Assembly: GCA_016699975.1 (NCBI GenBank)
Contig: CP064994.1
Span: 1,222-65,221 of the forward strand
DNA from: Candidatus Moraniibacteriota bacterium
Lineage (GTDB): Bacteria; Patescibacteriota; Minisyncoccia; Moranbacterales; UBA1568
Direction: 5' to 3'
Length of the DNA stretch: 64,000 nucleotides
Below are positions 29,573 to 39,462 of this stretch, piece by piece. Below the pieces are notes generated by a model that was not told the DNA's origin, searched no databases, and saw nothing but the letters and a program-made list of their open reading frames with translations. Every line of letters begins with the position of its first letter. Position 1 is the first letter of the stretch. Made by a program: the position numbers and the translations under genes.

Positions 29573-31158
29573 ACGCGTCTCGAAGGAAAAGAAGATTCAC
29601 GAAGCAGTGCGTATAGAAAGAGGAACGCACTCACGACAACAAAAATGAAAAGTGAAACGCCATACGGTATCGCTCCGAAGAATCGGTGGAGCACACTTCG
29701 ATAAAGAAAGGCGGTGGACGTGTTTTGTTCCAAAGCTTGCCAGTTCCTCATCACGGTATACTTTTGTTCCTTTCCTGAGAGCGCTTCAAGTTCCAAGACC
29801 TGCACTTTTGGCGGATTGGCGATCGACGTAATAGCGCCGAGCGTATTCACCGAAAGAGAGAACGAGAAGAGCAAAAAGAACGCGGCCAGAAAAATGAACG
29901 ATCGCTTCCTTGATTCGAGCGCAATGGCGATTCCAATCGAGAGCATCGCATACGCCGGGATAAGGTAGCGCGATCCGAATGCCCATCCGCCCCACGGATC
30001 GCTCCACAATGAGTAGAGAAGAAACGTGAGCAAAGAAGTCCCCAAGAGAACGCGAAGTATTCCATACTCTTTGCGCACAAACAGCACGGCAAAACCAAAG
30101 AAGCCCAAGAAAATAACCGGCGTAAACCACAGCGCTCCGCGATCCGGACTTGTCAGATGGATCAGAAATCCATTGAGGAGCGCTCTCGTTTGAAAAAATC
30201 CGACAGCCGTTTTCTCCGACGCTTCTCGTTCAAGTCGATCGCGCGGAATTTGGTTCGGGTCCGTCGAAAGCGGAGAGCCGTCGGAAGAGATTGCAACAAC
30301 CGAAGGAAGTGTTCCCGATAACGTGAATGGATTCCCGTTTGCGAGGGAGTTGTACCACAAAAAAAAGAGGAGCGGGATCACGGCAAAGAATCCCGAGAAC
30401 AAAAGGAGGGGTCGGAAGGACACGCGCACACTCTCCGTATCCGAAGTGCGGAAGGAAAGGATTCGAGACAAAGCCCAGAGACCAACCGGCAAAAAGAGAA
30501 TCGCATTCGGATTGTCGAGCGCGATTCCCGAGACGAGCAGGAAGAACACCAACGCAAGCGACAGAAATCCTCGATTCGAGAGAAGGAGGAGGATAGCACT
30601 GAGGAGAAAGAGCACCGAAAAGTGGTGCTGATAGAGCGTCGTTGCGTAAGGAAATGCGGGCGTCGCCAAGAGAAATGTGAGCGCGCCAAGGGACGCGGCA
30701 TTTTTTCCGGCACCAAGGCGAAGCGCAATCGCGCGGATGAGAAACGCATTGGCAAAAGCCGCAATCGCTACAACGAGAGTGGCACCGACCACGGAGGCAC
30801 CAAAGAACTTCCCGATCAAATATCCGGGAATAAGGAGGAATGAAAGAAGCGGCGCAAAAAGCGACACGAATTTTCCATCCGGATTCCGCGCAAGGTCCGG
30901 TGTTGCAAGCCGCGCAACCGGAAGCGAAAAAAAGAGTGAACGATCCTCAACCACAGAGTAAAGAAGCGCGAACCGCCCACGTTCCGGTGAAAGCTCAAGC
31001 GGGCCATGATCTTTCCAAACGGGCGTCACAAGTTCCTGCGCTGTTGGATTTCCCGGAAGCCCGCGCACCGAGAAAAGAAGTGCGATCGCGCACACGAATC
31101 CGAACAAAAAGATGGAAAGTCGAGAGTATTTCATACGAATGTAAAAAGCATGTACCAA
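29569..31158 (-). CDS. large polytopic membrane protein, second putative GT-C-like glycosyltransferase
   Basis: 529 aa, ~13 TM helices, first loop ELSPERGRFALLYSVVEDRS (DE-like motif), large C-terminal periplasmic domain. Stop-start overlap with 28139..29572. Confidence 0.45.
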   Translation of the reverse strand: MVHAFYIRMKYSRLSIFLFGFVCAIALLFSVRGLPGNPTAQELVTPVWKDHGPLELSPERGRFALLYSVVEDRSLFFSLPVARLATPDLARNPDGKFVSLFAPLLSFLLIPGYLIGKFFGASVVGATLVVAIAAFANAFLIRAIALRLGAGKNAASLGALTFLLATPAFPYATTLYQHHFSVLFLLSAILLLLSNRGFLSLALVFFLLVSGIALDNPNAILFLPVGLWALSRILSFRTSDTESVRVSFRPLLLFSGFFAVIPLLFFLWYNSLANGNPFTLSGTLPSVVAISSDGSPLSTDPNQIPRDRLEREASEKTAVGFFQTRALLNGFLIHLTSPDRGALWFTPVIFLGFFGFAVLFVRKEYGILRVLLGTSLLTFLLYSLWSDPWGGWAFGSRYLIPAYAMLSIGIAIALESRKRSFIFLAAFFLLFSFSLSVNTLGAITSIANPPKVQVLELEALSGKEQKYTVMRNWQALEQNTSTAFLYRSVLHRFFGAIPYGVSLFIFVVVSAFLFLYALLRESSFPSRRV

Positions 31159-31170
31159 TAATAAGAGAGA

Positions 31171-32175
31171 TTAGAAACCATTTTTCGAAAGCGAATACGA
31201 AAGCAGTTTCGTATCACGAGAAAAAAACTCGAGAAACTCTGCTAGCCCTTTCGCGCGATCTGAAGACAGAGTCGAACTCTCAAGAAGAAGTGCCTGAACG
31301 AACGAAAAAGCGAGAAATGCGATACAGCGCGACTTTTCGGAAGGTGTCATTGAAAAAGAATCAAGAAACCGTTTGGTAGAATATAGTCCCCATATCGGAA
31401 ACGCCTCAAGAACAATGCGAGCCACTTCCAATTCCGGATTCGACCGCACGCATAGTTCGAAGTCGAAGACCGAAAGCGTCTCACCTTTCACCGCCATATT
31501 CCGCGCGAAAAGATCCCGATGCGTCACAACGAGACGAGACGGGGCAAATACTGCTTGAGACGCGTTCAAAAAGAAGAGTTTTCCGAAGGAGAGAAGCGTT
31601 CGAAAAAAACGCGGAAAGAGAACAAGAGAAATTCCCCAATAGATCGGAAAGGTGACGAGCGCGAGAGAAAACGGGCGTCGCGCAAAAGAAGATACCGCGT
31701 CATCGGGAATCGCGCGCAGGGAGAGAATAGCGACCCGAAGCGCCTCCTGTTCGAAAGCGATGTCTTTGGAAACCGGCCGCCCGGAGTGAAAAGACCGCGC
31801 TATCGTTATACGCCCACCTACCTCTTCGAATGAGAGGAGGCGCGGGAAAAAAACCCGTCGAAATCTCGAGGACTCGAGGACGACAGACATGCCGCCTATA
31901 TGCGACAGCACATGCGCTTCGTTCCTCAGGTGAAAAAAAGAAAGTGTTCGAAAGCGAAACCGGAGTCGTTTCAAGAGGACCGGTGTTTGTCCATGAAAAA
32001 AGATGCCGACCGTTTGTCTCCCATTTTTCTTTTGCTCTTTAAGAAGGCGCCTCGAAGAGGCGGGGAATTCTCGAAATTCCCGCTCTGGAAGTGAAAGAGG
32101 AAACAAGAGCTCAAGGGCGCTCCCGATCGCGCCTCGCAGACTTTTTCCAAAAGTGAGTGCTCCGATATTTTTCAT
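31171..32175 (-). CDS. protein-kinase-like fold phosphotransferase (APH/choline-kinase/Kdo-kinase-like)
   Basis: VTHRDLFARNMAV (HxDLxxxN catalytic loop) followed by LSVFDFELCV (DFE/DxD metal-binding). No Gly-rich loop recognised, so the substrate is unknown. Confidence 0.5.
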   Translation of the reverse strand: MKNIGALTFGKSLRGAIGSALELLFPLSLPEREFREFPASSRRLLKEQKKNGRQTVGIFFHGQTPVLLKRLRFRFRTLSFFHLRNEAHVLSHIGGMSVVLESSRFRRVFFPRLLSFEEVGGRITIARSFHSGRPVSKDIAFEQEALRVAILSLRAIPDDAVSSFARRPFSLALVTFPIYWGISLVLFPRFFRTLLSFGKLFFLNASQAVFAPSRLVVTHRDLFARNMAVKGETLSVFDFELCVRSNPELEVARIVLEAFPIWGLYSTKRFLDSFSMTPSEKSRCIAFLAFSFVQALLLESSTLSSDRAKGLAEFLEFFSRDTKLLSYSLSKNGF

Positions 32176-32227
32176 ACGTCAGTTCTCGTTGATACGATTC
32201 TCGATGAAGCTTTTTCAAGTGGCATTC

Positions 32228-33052
32228 TCAAAACCATGACGGCAGCCACCGCTTCACCGTGGCGCGAAACACAATGGCACTCGTACTGAAAAGTGTTTCA
32301 CATTCCGAAACAGTGTGCGTGCGATCGACACCAACGCGCGGCACTCTGAAAGGATCAATCCCTGGCTCCACGAATCCGTCATCCATAGAAAGCGCGAGCA
32401 AAAATCCAGCATCTCGAAGCGCGCGGCGCACAACTTTTGTTGAACGTCCTCGCGGATACGCGAAGAAGCGAATGGGAACTCCCACTTCCGACTCAAGCAT
32501 GCGCTTTGCACCAACAGTTTCCTGAGCCACCTGCTTTGAAGATAAGGCCCACATGTCCCGGTGAGTCGCACTGTGGCAACCAATCTCCCAACCTGATTTG
32601 GCGAGAAATCGCAACTCCTCCGTACCGAGAAACGCGCGATCAGTTCCGAGTTCGCTCGTGTCGGCATGCGCGCGATCGGCAAGTGGAAAAACACTGGGTG
32701 TCACGCCGGAATCGCGAAGAAAATCGAAAACGTCGAGAATATCTCGGTAACCATCATCAAAACACAAGACGAATGAAGGTTCCGTAAAAGGTGCCTCTCC
32801 TGAAATGTGTCGCGCGAGTTCGGACAGAGACCGAGGTTTTCGTTTCCGGAGAAGACGAGTAATTTGTTGTTCGAAAGAAGCGCGATCGATACTATACCGC
32901 CAAGAATCTTCCGCAATACTGTGATAGGCAAAGACAACGACCCGCGGTTCGGGAATGCGAAAAACACGATCGAAAATTGTGAACATTCGATAGGCGATTC
33001 TTCGAAGACCAGAAAAAAGTTTCGTGCGAAATGACATAGTGTCCTTCCTCAT
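32228..33052 (-). CDS. polysaccharide deacetylase (NodB/CE4 family)
   Basis: VLCFDDGYRD (motif 1 D-D), CHSATHRD (His motif), FFAYPRGRS and the beta/alpha barrel order of CE4. Confidence 0.75.
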   Translation of the reverse strand: MRKDTMSFRTKLFSGLRRIAYRMFTIFDRVFRIPEPRVVVFAYHSIAEDSWRYSIDRASFEQQITRLLRKRKPRSLSELARHISGEAPFTEPSFVLCFDDGYRDILDVFDFLRDSGVTPSVFPLADRAHADTSELGTDRAFLGTEELRFLAKSGWEIGCHSATHRDMWALSSKQVAQETVGAKRMLESEVGVPIRFFAYPRGRSTKVVRRALRDAGFLLALSMDDGFVEPGIDPFRVPRVGVDRTHTVSECETLFSTSAIVFRATVKRWLPSWF

Positions 33053-33960
33053 TAACGGAGTCGTTTCGAAGTCGTTGAAACGTCCCAGAGTTCTTCGGGC
33101 GCGGGCGCAAAGAACGAGCGGATTCGTGTCGTCACAACGACGATCATATACGAGATTGAGCGAATCGGATGGCGAAAAAGAAGCGGCGAAGCAGAAAGGG
33201 CCCCACGAAAAAATGCGCTGACAGGAATATACATCTCTTGTTCGACGAGCTCTTTGGGAAATTCCTTCATGAGCGTTTCTTTCCCGCGAGAGAATCGAAA
33301 GCTTTGCTTATCATTGTCGGCGCTGGTCGCTGGCACCCGCAAAAAGAGTACCGCGTCTTTCACATACGCGTAGCGAAAATTTCGAGCGATGCAGGAGAGA
33401 TACGAATATGCGTCCTCCCCCACGCTCTGCGTAAATCGAAACTGAGCGAAGAACCTTCGCGAAAATGCACGGCACGCTCCATGACAGGTATATATGGTCT
33501 TCCCGCCCCGTATTGATTCGAAGAGCGTGTTTTTCAGGAGAAATCCTGTCTCGAGAATTCGTTCGAAACGGCCTCGTGCCGACATCGGACGAAGATCAGA
33601 CGAGGTCAATTCGGCTTTCCCTTCACGAATCGGCCGTGTCAGTTTTTCTAAAAATCGATCGTCATCAATCCGCATATCAGCGTTGACGAGCACGAGAACA
33701 TCGCTCTTCGTTCGTTCGAGAATCACATTTTGTCCACAGGCAAGCCCTTGTCGACCCGGTCCCTCGATCAATTCCACACGGGCATCTCGCAGCGAACGAA
33801 CAATTTCATTCGTTCTATCGGTGCTGCCATCGGAGTAGACAAGAATTTTCTCAAGCGAAAATTCTTCCGCGCTCTGCCGGAGAAGATCTCTGAGGAGAGC
33901 GCCGATATTTTCGGCTTCGTTGTAGGCCGGAATCCCGACCGTGACCGTAGCGTGTTTCAT
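33052..33960 (-). CDS. GT2-family glycosyltransferase (GT-A fold)
   Basis: VTVGIPAYNEAENIGALLRDL...YSDGSTDRT...VNADM..., the canonical GT2 N-terminal region and DxD. Confidence 0.75.
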   Translation of the reverse strand: MKHATVTVGIPAYNEAENIGALLRDLLRQSAEEFSLEKILVYSDGSTDRTNEIVRSLRDARVELIEGPGRQGLACGQNVILERTKSDVLVLVNADMRIDDDRFLEKLTRPIREGKAELTSSDLRPMSARGRFERILETGFLLKNTLFESIRGGKTIYTCHGACRAFSRRFFAQFRFTQSVGEDAYSYLSCIARNFRYAYVKDAVLFLRVPATSADNDKQSFRFSRGKETLMKEFPKELVEQEMYIPVSAFFRGALSASPLLFRHPIRSISYMIVVVTTRIRSFFAPAPEELWDVSTTSKRLR

Positions 33961-36900
33961 ACTTCGTTGTGCTTTGCGAATACCGCAGAAAACAATTGCT
34001 TACTCGACACGTCCCAATCGAAACCTTCCGCCCACTCGCGCGCCTCACGATTCATGCCGAGTCGAAGTTCCCGATCGCGAATAAGCAAGAGCATTTTTTC
34101 TGCGAAGAGATCGACATCACCGTACGGAATCAAAAACCCAGACTGAGTGTTGACCGAATCTCGCAGCCCCGGCACATCTGAGGCAATGACCGGCGTACCG
34201 CATGCATTCGCTTCGATTGAGACAATACCCCACCCTTCCATTTTTGACGGATTCACGAGCATCCATGCTTCCCGCAAAAGCCGCTTTTTTATTTCTTCGG
34301 AAACATATCCCAGAAATTCCACATGATTTGTTCCGAGTCGAAGTTCTTCGTAGGCGAGGTATTTAAGAGCCTGCTCTTCGTCACCGTTTCCTGCAATAAC
34401 AAGTCGCGCTTCAGGGCGCTCGGATCGTACCTGGTGAAATGCGCGAAGCAAGATATCAACCGACTTGTAAGCTTTGAGTCGGCCAAGATAGAGAATGAGC
34501 GGTGTCTCTGACTTTCGTTCCGAGGGTACAAATTCGTCGAGCAAAACACCGGGGTGGACAATGCTTACGCCCGCTTTTCCGAGACCGAGCGCGAGCAAAT
34601 CCTCACGACTTGATTCCGAAACAGTCACAAATGGAACATTCGCATACACAATCGGCATGAGCGTTCCCTCAAGAAAGTTCGCGAGGTGAGCGAATGGTTT
34701 CGGGAGATACTGAAAAAAAATCGTTCGATGCACGTGATGAAGAAGGCACACCACCGGTTCCTTCACATAGAGTGGTGTAAAAAATGGTATGCCGTTTTCG
34801 CAATCAATAATCACGTCGTAGCGTCCGCGAAAGCGCGTGAAGTAATACACAAACGCCCACACATACACCAGATAAAATCCGCCGCGGCGCACGATATGAA
34901 TACCGTCTCGGATCTCATGCCGGGGAAGTCGGCCATCATTTCCGGAAAACAGAGTGACAAAATGACCATCCGCGACCCACCGCTTCGCCATTTCCTCTAT
35001 ATACACTTCCGCGCCGCCGCCGTGTTGATGTTTTGTATCGCGCCAGTTCACGATGAGAACGCGTTTCCCGCCTGTGAGTGGTGAGAGTTCCGGGATCTTC
35101 CCGCGAAAGGCATCAAGAAAATCTCGAACACCGCGCTCGAGGAATCGAAATTGCGGTTCGAAAAGATGAAGAAGTTCGAGTATCCCCCACCCCACAAGTC
35201 CCGAAAAAAAGACGGCGTGCGCCACCGCTTCGAGAGAATCGTGGAAGAAAACGATACTCATCACTTCGCCGATCGCCACCAACAACGAGACTCCCACGAA
35301 AATATATTTTTTCTTCGCAAGCTGATACGTCACGATGAGCGTCGAGAGTGTGAAAAAAGCAGCAGAGAGGGTTGAGATGAGGAGGAGGGGTGCCACTTCC
35401 CGCACTTTTTCTCCAAAAAGAAATGGCGCAAAAAATTCTCCGAAGAGTCCGAAAAGAAGTACTCCCAGAATGCACGCCGCCATCGAAAACGCGTAGAGTA
35501 TTCGGAAAACATACCGTGTTCCTTTTTTGAGACCCTTATTTCGTCCAACGAGGGTCATCATGAACATGTTGGGCATGGTTCCGAAGAAGAAAACGATTTT
35601 CCCAACAAGCGACAGGAGCGCGTACCGACCAGCATCGTATTCTGGCAGAAAGTGTTTCGCCAAAAGAACATCGACGGTCGTAAACGTGGCCGTCGAAAGC
35701 GTGAGGAGAAGTGCCGCAACAAAAAACGTGAACGGAAACGCTTCTCGACTTTTTTCAAAGAGGAGCGCGCGCGATACCGAGGGAATGAAAAATCCCGATG
35801 CGACCGCTGCAACAAAAACACTCGCAGGAATAGAAAGATAGGCGAACTCCGCGTATCCGAAGGTCACAAACAAGAAAGCAACAAGAAGTTTCGTAAGCGC
35901 CTCGACAAAAGAAATAACTCCTGCCGCGCGAAAGCGAAGCGATCCTTGTAAGAATCCGAAGTTGCCAAACGAAAAAAGTCCGAGTGAGAGAAGCGGCGCA
36001 AAGGAAATGAGGAGGAAGAGATCGTCGACGTGAAAGAATCGCGCGAGCGTCGGCACGAGAAACAACCACAGCGCACTCAAAAATATCGAAACGATAAGTC
36101 CCGTTCGGAGAACCGAGGCCCACAGTGTACGCGCCTCTTTCGCTCCACACTTCGCGGAAAGAAACGATGTCTCGCGATTGATCATCGTCGAAAAGGGACT
36201 GATGAAAATGAGTGCGAGATACCACAACGTATTGAGGAGCGCGACTGCGCCGAGCGCTTCAAAGGGGAGCGTCCGTCCCAAAAATGCGCTAAAGGTGAAA
36301 TTAAGAACACTGGTCGCTATGATCGCCATCGCAAAAAATCCTTCAGGAGAAGTGAGAAGGCGAAGCATTTTTTGAAAAGAGCGTAAAAGAAAGGTGGGCG
36401 AAGAACTTACCGGAGCCACCTCGGAAATCCGTTCGGGAGACAGAATATTCTGCGACAGAATCGGTGACAAAGATGGGTCTCGTTGCGACAAAGGATCGGG
36501 CGAAGGAGGCAAATCAGCAACTGATTCCTTTCGTTTTTTCTTGAGAAGGTGAAGTCCGTGTGTCGTTTTTTCCCAGTAGTGCGGTTTCACGAGAAGCTGA
36601 TACGCCGCCATCATGGCTGCAAGAGAAACGAGAAGCCAGTAAAAAGGAATGAGAAAAACCCACTTCATGAGCGACCACTTTTCTCGTTTCGCACAGCCGA
36701 TCATGTAGTAGTACATCGCAAGAAAGTTTCCAAAGACGAGCGAAACGACCGCCATATAAAAGACGACACTCGGGTAGAGCGACTCGATTGCGCCCCCTAC
36801 GGAATCGCGAAATGTAAAATAGAGAATCGTTTCGATCCACAGGATAGGATTAATGAGCATGAAGGCGATTTTTCCGCCGACGATGAACTGAAAGAGAAGA

Positions 36901-38915
36901 GCATGAACGCCGTTTTTTCGGAAGAATTCTCCGGGACGACGCATGTGGACGAGATACGTTTGCATGTATCCTTTGATCCAACGGGAGCGCTGTCGAATCC
37001 AATTCCCAACTTTGCTGTTCGCTTCTTCGAGCGTAACGGAATCAATGATCGCCGTGCGAAATCCACGCGTGAAAATTCGCGCGCCCAAATCGCAGTCTTC
37101 CGTCACATTAAACGGATCCCATCCCTCAAGAGCGAGTAAATCTTCGCGACGAAAGTGATTGCTCGTGCCGCCAAGTGGAATCGACGTCGAAACCGACTGA
37201 AGCGCCGGAAGCATGACATCGAACCACAGCGAATACTCCGCCGTAAAAAGACGTGTCAGAATATTTTGATCGACATTGAAATAGTTGAGTTTCGCCTGAA
37301 GACACCACACCGTTCTCGGAAGCGTCTGAAATCCGAGATACGCCTTTTTCAGCTGAGCGGGATCGGGAATATCTTCCGCGTCATAGATCACCACATATTC
37401 CCCCGTCGCAACCGAAAGTCCATAGTTACAGGCTTTTGGTTTTGTCTTCGGTTCCGAATGCGGGACAACCACGATCTTCACAAACGAAGGGAGGGCCATA
37501 GCACGCGCCGCCTCAATCGTTTCACGATCGTTTTCTTCAAGAAGAAGAAGTGCTTCGAGTTTCTCTTTCGGCCATTCCATTTTCTCTATCGCTTCGAGAA
37601 ATCCCGGGAGCACGTGCGCTTCTCGATAGAGTGGGCACAGAACGGAATAGGTGGGAAGCGAATCGTCCGAAATGAGAGCAAGTTCTTCTTTCGTAAAAGA
37701 AATTTCGGGCGGTTTCTTGAGACTCCGCGAGACGAAGAAGAGATTAAAGAGTACATCAAAAAAGTAAATGCCGGTCAGGATGGCGGTAACCGTAATAAGC
37801 GTCCCGAGCGGAAAGAAAACGAGGCCACCAACAAAGAGAAAAACCAGAAGGAAAAGGAGGGCCTTTTGCCACAAAAGAAACGTGTGCAGCGCGGAAAATT
37901 CATGGGACAGCGTCGAGTGGGTAATGAATCGCTTCCTCGCATGAAGAACGCCCGCACCAATCATGCTCCGACCTGAATTCCCCTGCTCGGCCGGCATTAT
38001 GTGAAACGGAAGAAGGGAGCGGAATCGGAGACGAATTGCATTCCAACCAATCTCTCGGATTGCTTTCCCGAGAACGATTTTGGATTCGCCGGCCATGCGC
38101 TCCGAGAAAGTGATATCGTGCCCTCCAATGTGGTAGCCGTAGTGACGCGCGGTACGCAAAAATTCGAGATCGAATGTCCACGGATCGGGCGCGATGCGCA
38201 CTTCGCGCGCAATGGTGGAACGAAAAACCTTGAGGCCCGATTGTACGTCAACATCAAATCCGTGAAGAAGTTTCGAAAACACGAAAGCGAATCCGCGACT
38301 CGACAATTTCCGCACAAAACTCGTTTCACGTTCGACTCGATTCGCAACCACGATATCGAGTCCTTCGGAGAGTTTCTGCACCATGGCGGGAATCGCTTCG
38401 GGTGGATACTGCAAGTCCGCATCGATCATCGCTATCATCTCGAATCGAGCATGTTCGAATCCTTCAAGAATCGAAAACGCTTTTCCGGGTCTCCCCTTTT
38501 TGACATGCAAAAAAACCGGGAATTGGTTTTTCAACTTCTCGATTTGGTCGGTGGTTCCATCGCTTGAGTGATCATCGATCACGTGAATTTCATATTCAAT
38601 TCCCGCGCCACGAATCGACGCGTCAAGACGACGGATGAGTTCCGCTATATTGCCCGCTTCGTTCAAGGTCGGTACTAAGATCGAAAGGCGTTTCTTGTCC
38701 ATCATATTTTTTGCGAGCTGCCGTTTCGCTTGAGTAAGGAAAGACTCTTCCTCGTACGAAGAACGAGAAAGAGTCCGTCTTTTCCCCAAGCGACCAGCGA
38801 GTGGCCCGTACATAAATGCGCGAAATGTCAGCCTAAATGAACACTTGAATTTTGTCAAGAGGACGGGCCCATTGTGACAAGCTCGAGAATCAAGTACGAT
38901 AACGAGAGCAATCAC
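33957..38915 (-). CDS. giant multidomain glycan-synthesis protein: GT2 (Dpm1/GtrB-like) + processive membrane GT2 synthase (QxxRW) + MOP/Wzx-like flippase domain + GT4
   Basis: Single uninterrupted 1652-aa ORF. aa ~75-320: LSILVPTLNEAGNI...IDDHSSDGT...IDADLQYP. aa ~400-760: TM helices then YSVLCPLYREAHV...YDAEDIPDP...TEDCDLG...QRSRWIKGY plus C-terminal TMs. Then a P/S-rich linker (KKKRKESVADLPPSPDPLSQRDPSLSP). aa ~800-1230: 12-14 TM helices with polysaccharide-biosynthesis/MOP-like composition. aa ~1250-1652: GT4 with EGWGIVSIEANACGTPVIASDVPGLRD. Probable true start is MMDKKR (~38705). Confidence 0.75.
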   Translation of the reverse strand: MIALVIVLDSRACHNGPVLLTKFKCSFRLTFRAFMYGPLAGRLGKRRTLSRSSYEEESFLTQAKRQLAKNMMDKKRLSILVPTLNEAGNIAELIRRLDASIRGAGIEYEIHVIDDHSSDGTTDQIEKLKNQFPVFLHVKKGRPGKAFSILEGFEHARFEMIAMIDADLQYPPEAIPAMVQKLSEGLDIVVANRVERETSFVRKLSSRGFAFVFSKLLHGFDVDVQSGLKVFRSTIAREVRIAPDPWTFDLEFLRTARHYGYHIGGHDITFSERMAGESKIVLGKAIREIGWNAIRLRFRSLLPFHIMPAEQGNSGRSMIGAGVLHARKRFITHSTLSHEFSALHTFLLWQKALLFLLVFLFVGGLVFFPLGTLITVTAILTGIYFFDVLFNLFFVSRSLKKPPEISFTKEELALISDDSLPTYSVLCPLYREAHVLPGFLEAIEKMEWPKEKLEALLLLEENDRETIEAARAMALPSFVKIVVVPHSEPKTKPKACNYGLSVATGEYVVIYDAEDIPDPAQLKKAYLGFQTLPRTVWCLQAKLNYFNVDQNILTRLFTAEYSLWFDVMLPALQSVSTSIPLGGTSNHFRREDLLALEGWDPFNVTEDCDLGARIFTRGFRTAIIDSVTLEEANSKVGNWIRQRSRWIKGYMQTYLVHMRRPGEFFRKNGVHALLFQFIVGGKIAFMLINPILWIETILYFTFRDSVGGAIESLYPSVVFYMAVVSLVFGNFLAMYYYMIGCAKREKWSLMKWVFLIPFYWLLVSLAAMMAAYQLLVKPHYWEKTTHGLHLLKKKRKESVADLPPSPDPLSQRDPSLSPILSQNILSPERISEVAPVSSSPTFLLRSFQKMLRLLTSPEGFFAMAIIATSVLNFTFSAFLGRTLPFEALGAVALLNTLWYLALIFISPFSTMINRETSFLSAKCGAKEARTLWASVLRTGLIVSIFLSALWLFLVPTLARFFHVDDLFLLISFAPLLSLGLFSFGNFGFLQGSLRFRAAGVISFVEALTKLLVAFLFVTFGYAEFAYLSIPASVFVAAVASGFFIPSVSRALLFEKSREAFPFTFFVAALLLTLSTATFTTVDVLLAKHFLPEYDAGRYALLSLVGKIVFFFGTMPNMFMMTLVGRNKGLKKGTRYVFRILYAFSMAACILGVLLFGLFGEFFAPFLFGEKVREVAPLLLISTLSAAFFTLSTLIVTYQLAKKKYIFVGVSLLVAIGEVMSIVFFHDSLEAVAHAVFFSGLVGWGILELLHLFEPQFRFLERGVRDFLDAFRGKIPELSPLTGGKRVLIVNWRDTKHQHGGGAEVYIEEMAKRWVADGHFVTLFSGNDGRLPRHEIRDGIHIVRRGGFYLVYVWAFVYYFTRFRGRYDVIIDCENGIPFFTPLYVKEPVVCLLHHVHRTIFFQYLPKPFAHLANFLEGTLMPIVYANVPFVTVSESSREDLLALGLGKAGVSIVHPGVLLDEFVPSERKSETPLILYLGRLKAYKSVDILLRAFHQVRSERPEARLVIAGNGDEEQALKYLAYEELRLGTNHVEFLGYVSEEIKKRLLREAWMLVNPSKMEGWGIVSIEANACGTPVIASDVPGLRDSVNTQSGFLIPYGDVDLFAEKMLLLIRDRELRLGMNREAREWAEGFDWDVSSKQLFSAVFAKHNEV

Positions 38916-38931
38916 TTTTCTTCTTCACATT

Positions 38932-39462
38932 ATGGAAATATCTCCCGCCAAAAAACTTCGCATCGGTTGGTTTACCTTTACCTGCTGCGAAGACAGCACC
39001 GTTATTTTTACGGAAATCATGAACGATCATTTCGAAACGTGGCGAAAAATACTCGATATCCGACATGCGCGTGTCCTTCAAACAAAAAATGTGCTTGACG
39101 AACTCGACGTCGCCTTCGTCGAAGGAGCAATCAACTCCGACGAACAAGAATCCCGCCTCAAAGAGATTCGCGCGAAATCAAAAAGACTCGTTGCAATTGG
39201 AGCCTGCGCGTGTACCGGCATGCCGAGTGCCCAGCGAAACGCATTTCCACCAGAACTCAAAGATAAAATTCAATTTCTCCTCGACCGGTTTCATCAGGGA
39301 GAAAGGGTGAAGAAACTCGATGAAGTCGTCACGGTCGATGATCGTGTCCCGGGCTGCCCTATGACAGAATCCGCTTTCCTCGCCGCCCTCGAAAAGATGC
39401 TCAAAGAGTTCGAAATTCCTCTTCCTGAAAAAGAACCAGAAACATCAGAAAAGAATGTCTGA
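38932..39462 (+). CDS. [NiFe] hydrogenase small subunit, minimal NuoB-like form (proximal Fe-S cluster only)
   Basis: 176 aa: FTCCEDS ... AFVEGAI ... AIGACACTG ... VPGCPM, the four Cys motifs in the order of the Oxidored_q6 / hydrogenase small-subunit N-domain. No C-terminal medial/distal cluster domain. Confidence 0.7.
   Translation: MEISPAKKLRIGWFTFTCCEDSTVIFTEIMNDHFETWRKILDIRHARVLQTKNVLDELDVAFVEGAINSDEQESRLKEIRAKSKRLVAIGACACTGMPSAQRNAFPPELKDKIQFLLDRFHQGERVKKLDEVVTVDDRVPGCPMTESAFLAALEKMLKEFEIPLPEKEPETSEKNV

Noticed and set aside
36549-37976. 196-aa and 273-aa plus-strand ORFs
   Set aside because: Inside and antisense to the giant glycan-synthase gene; basic low-complexity translations.
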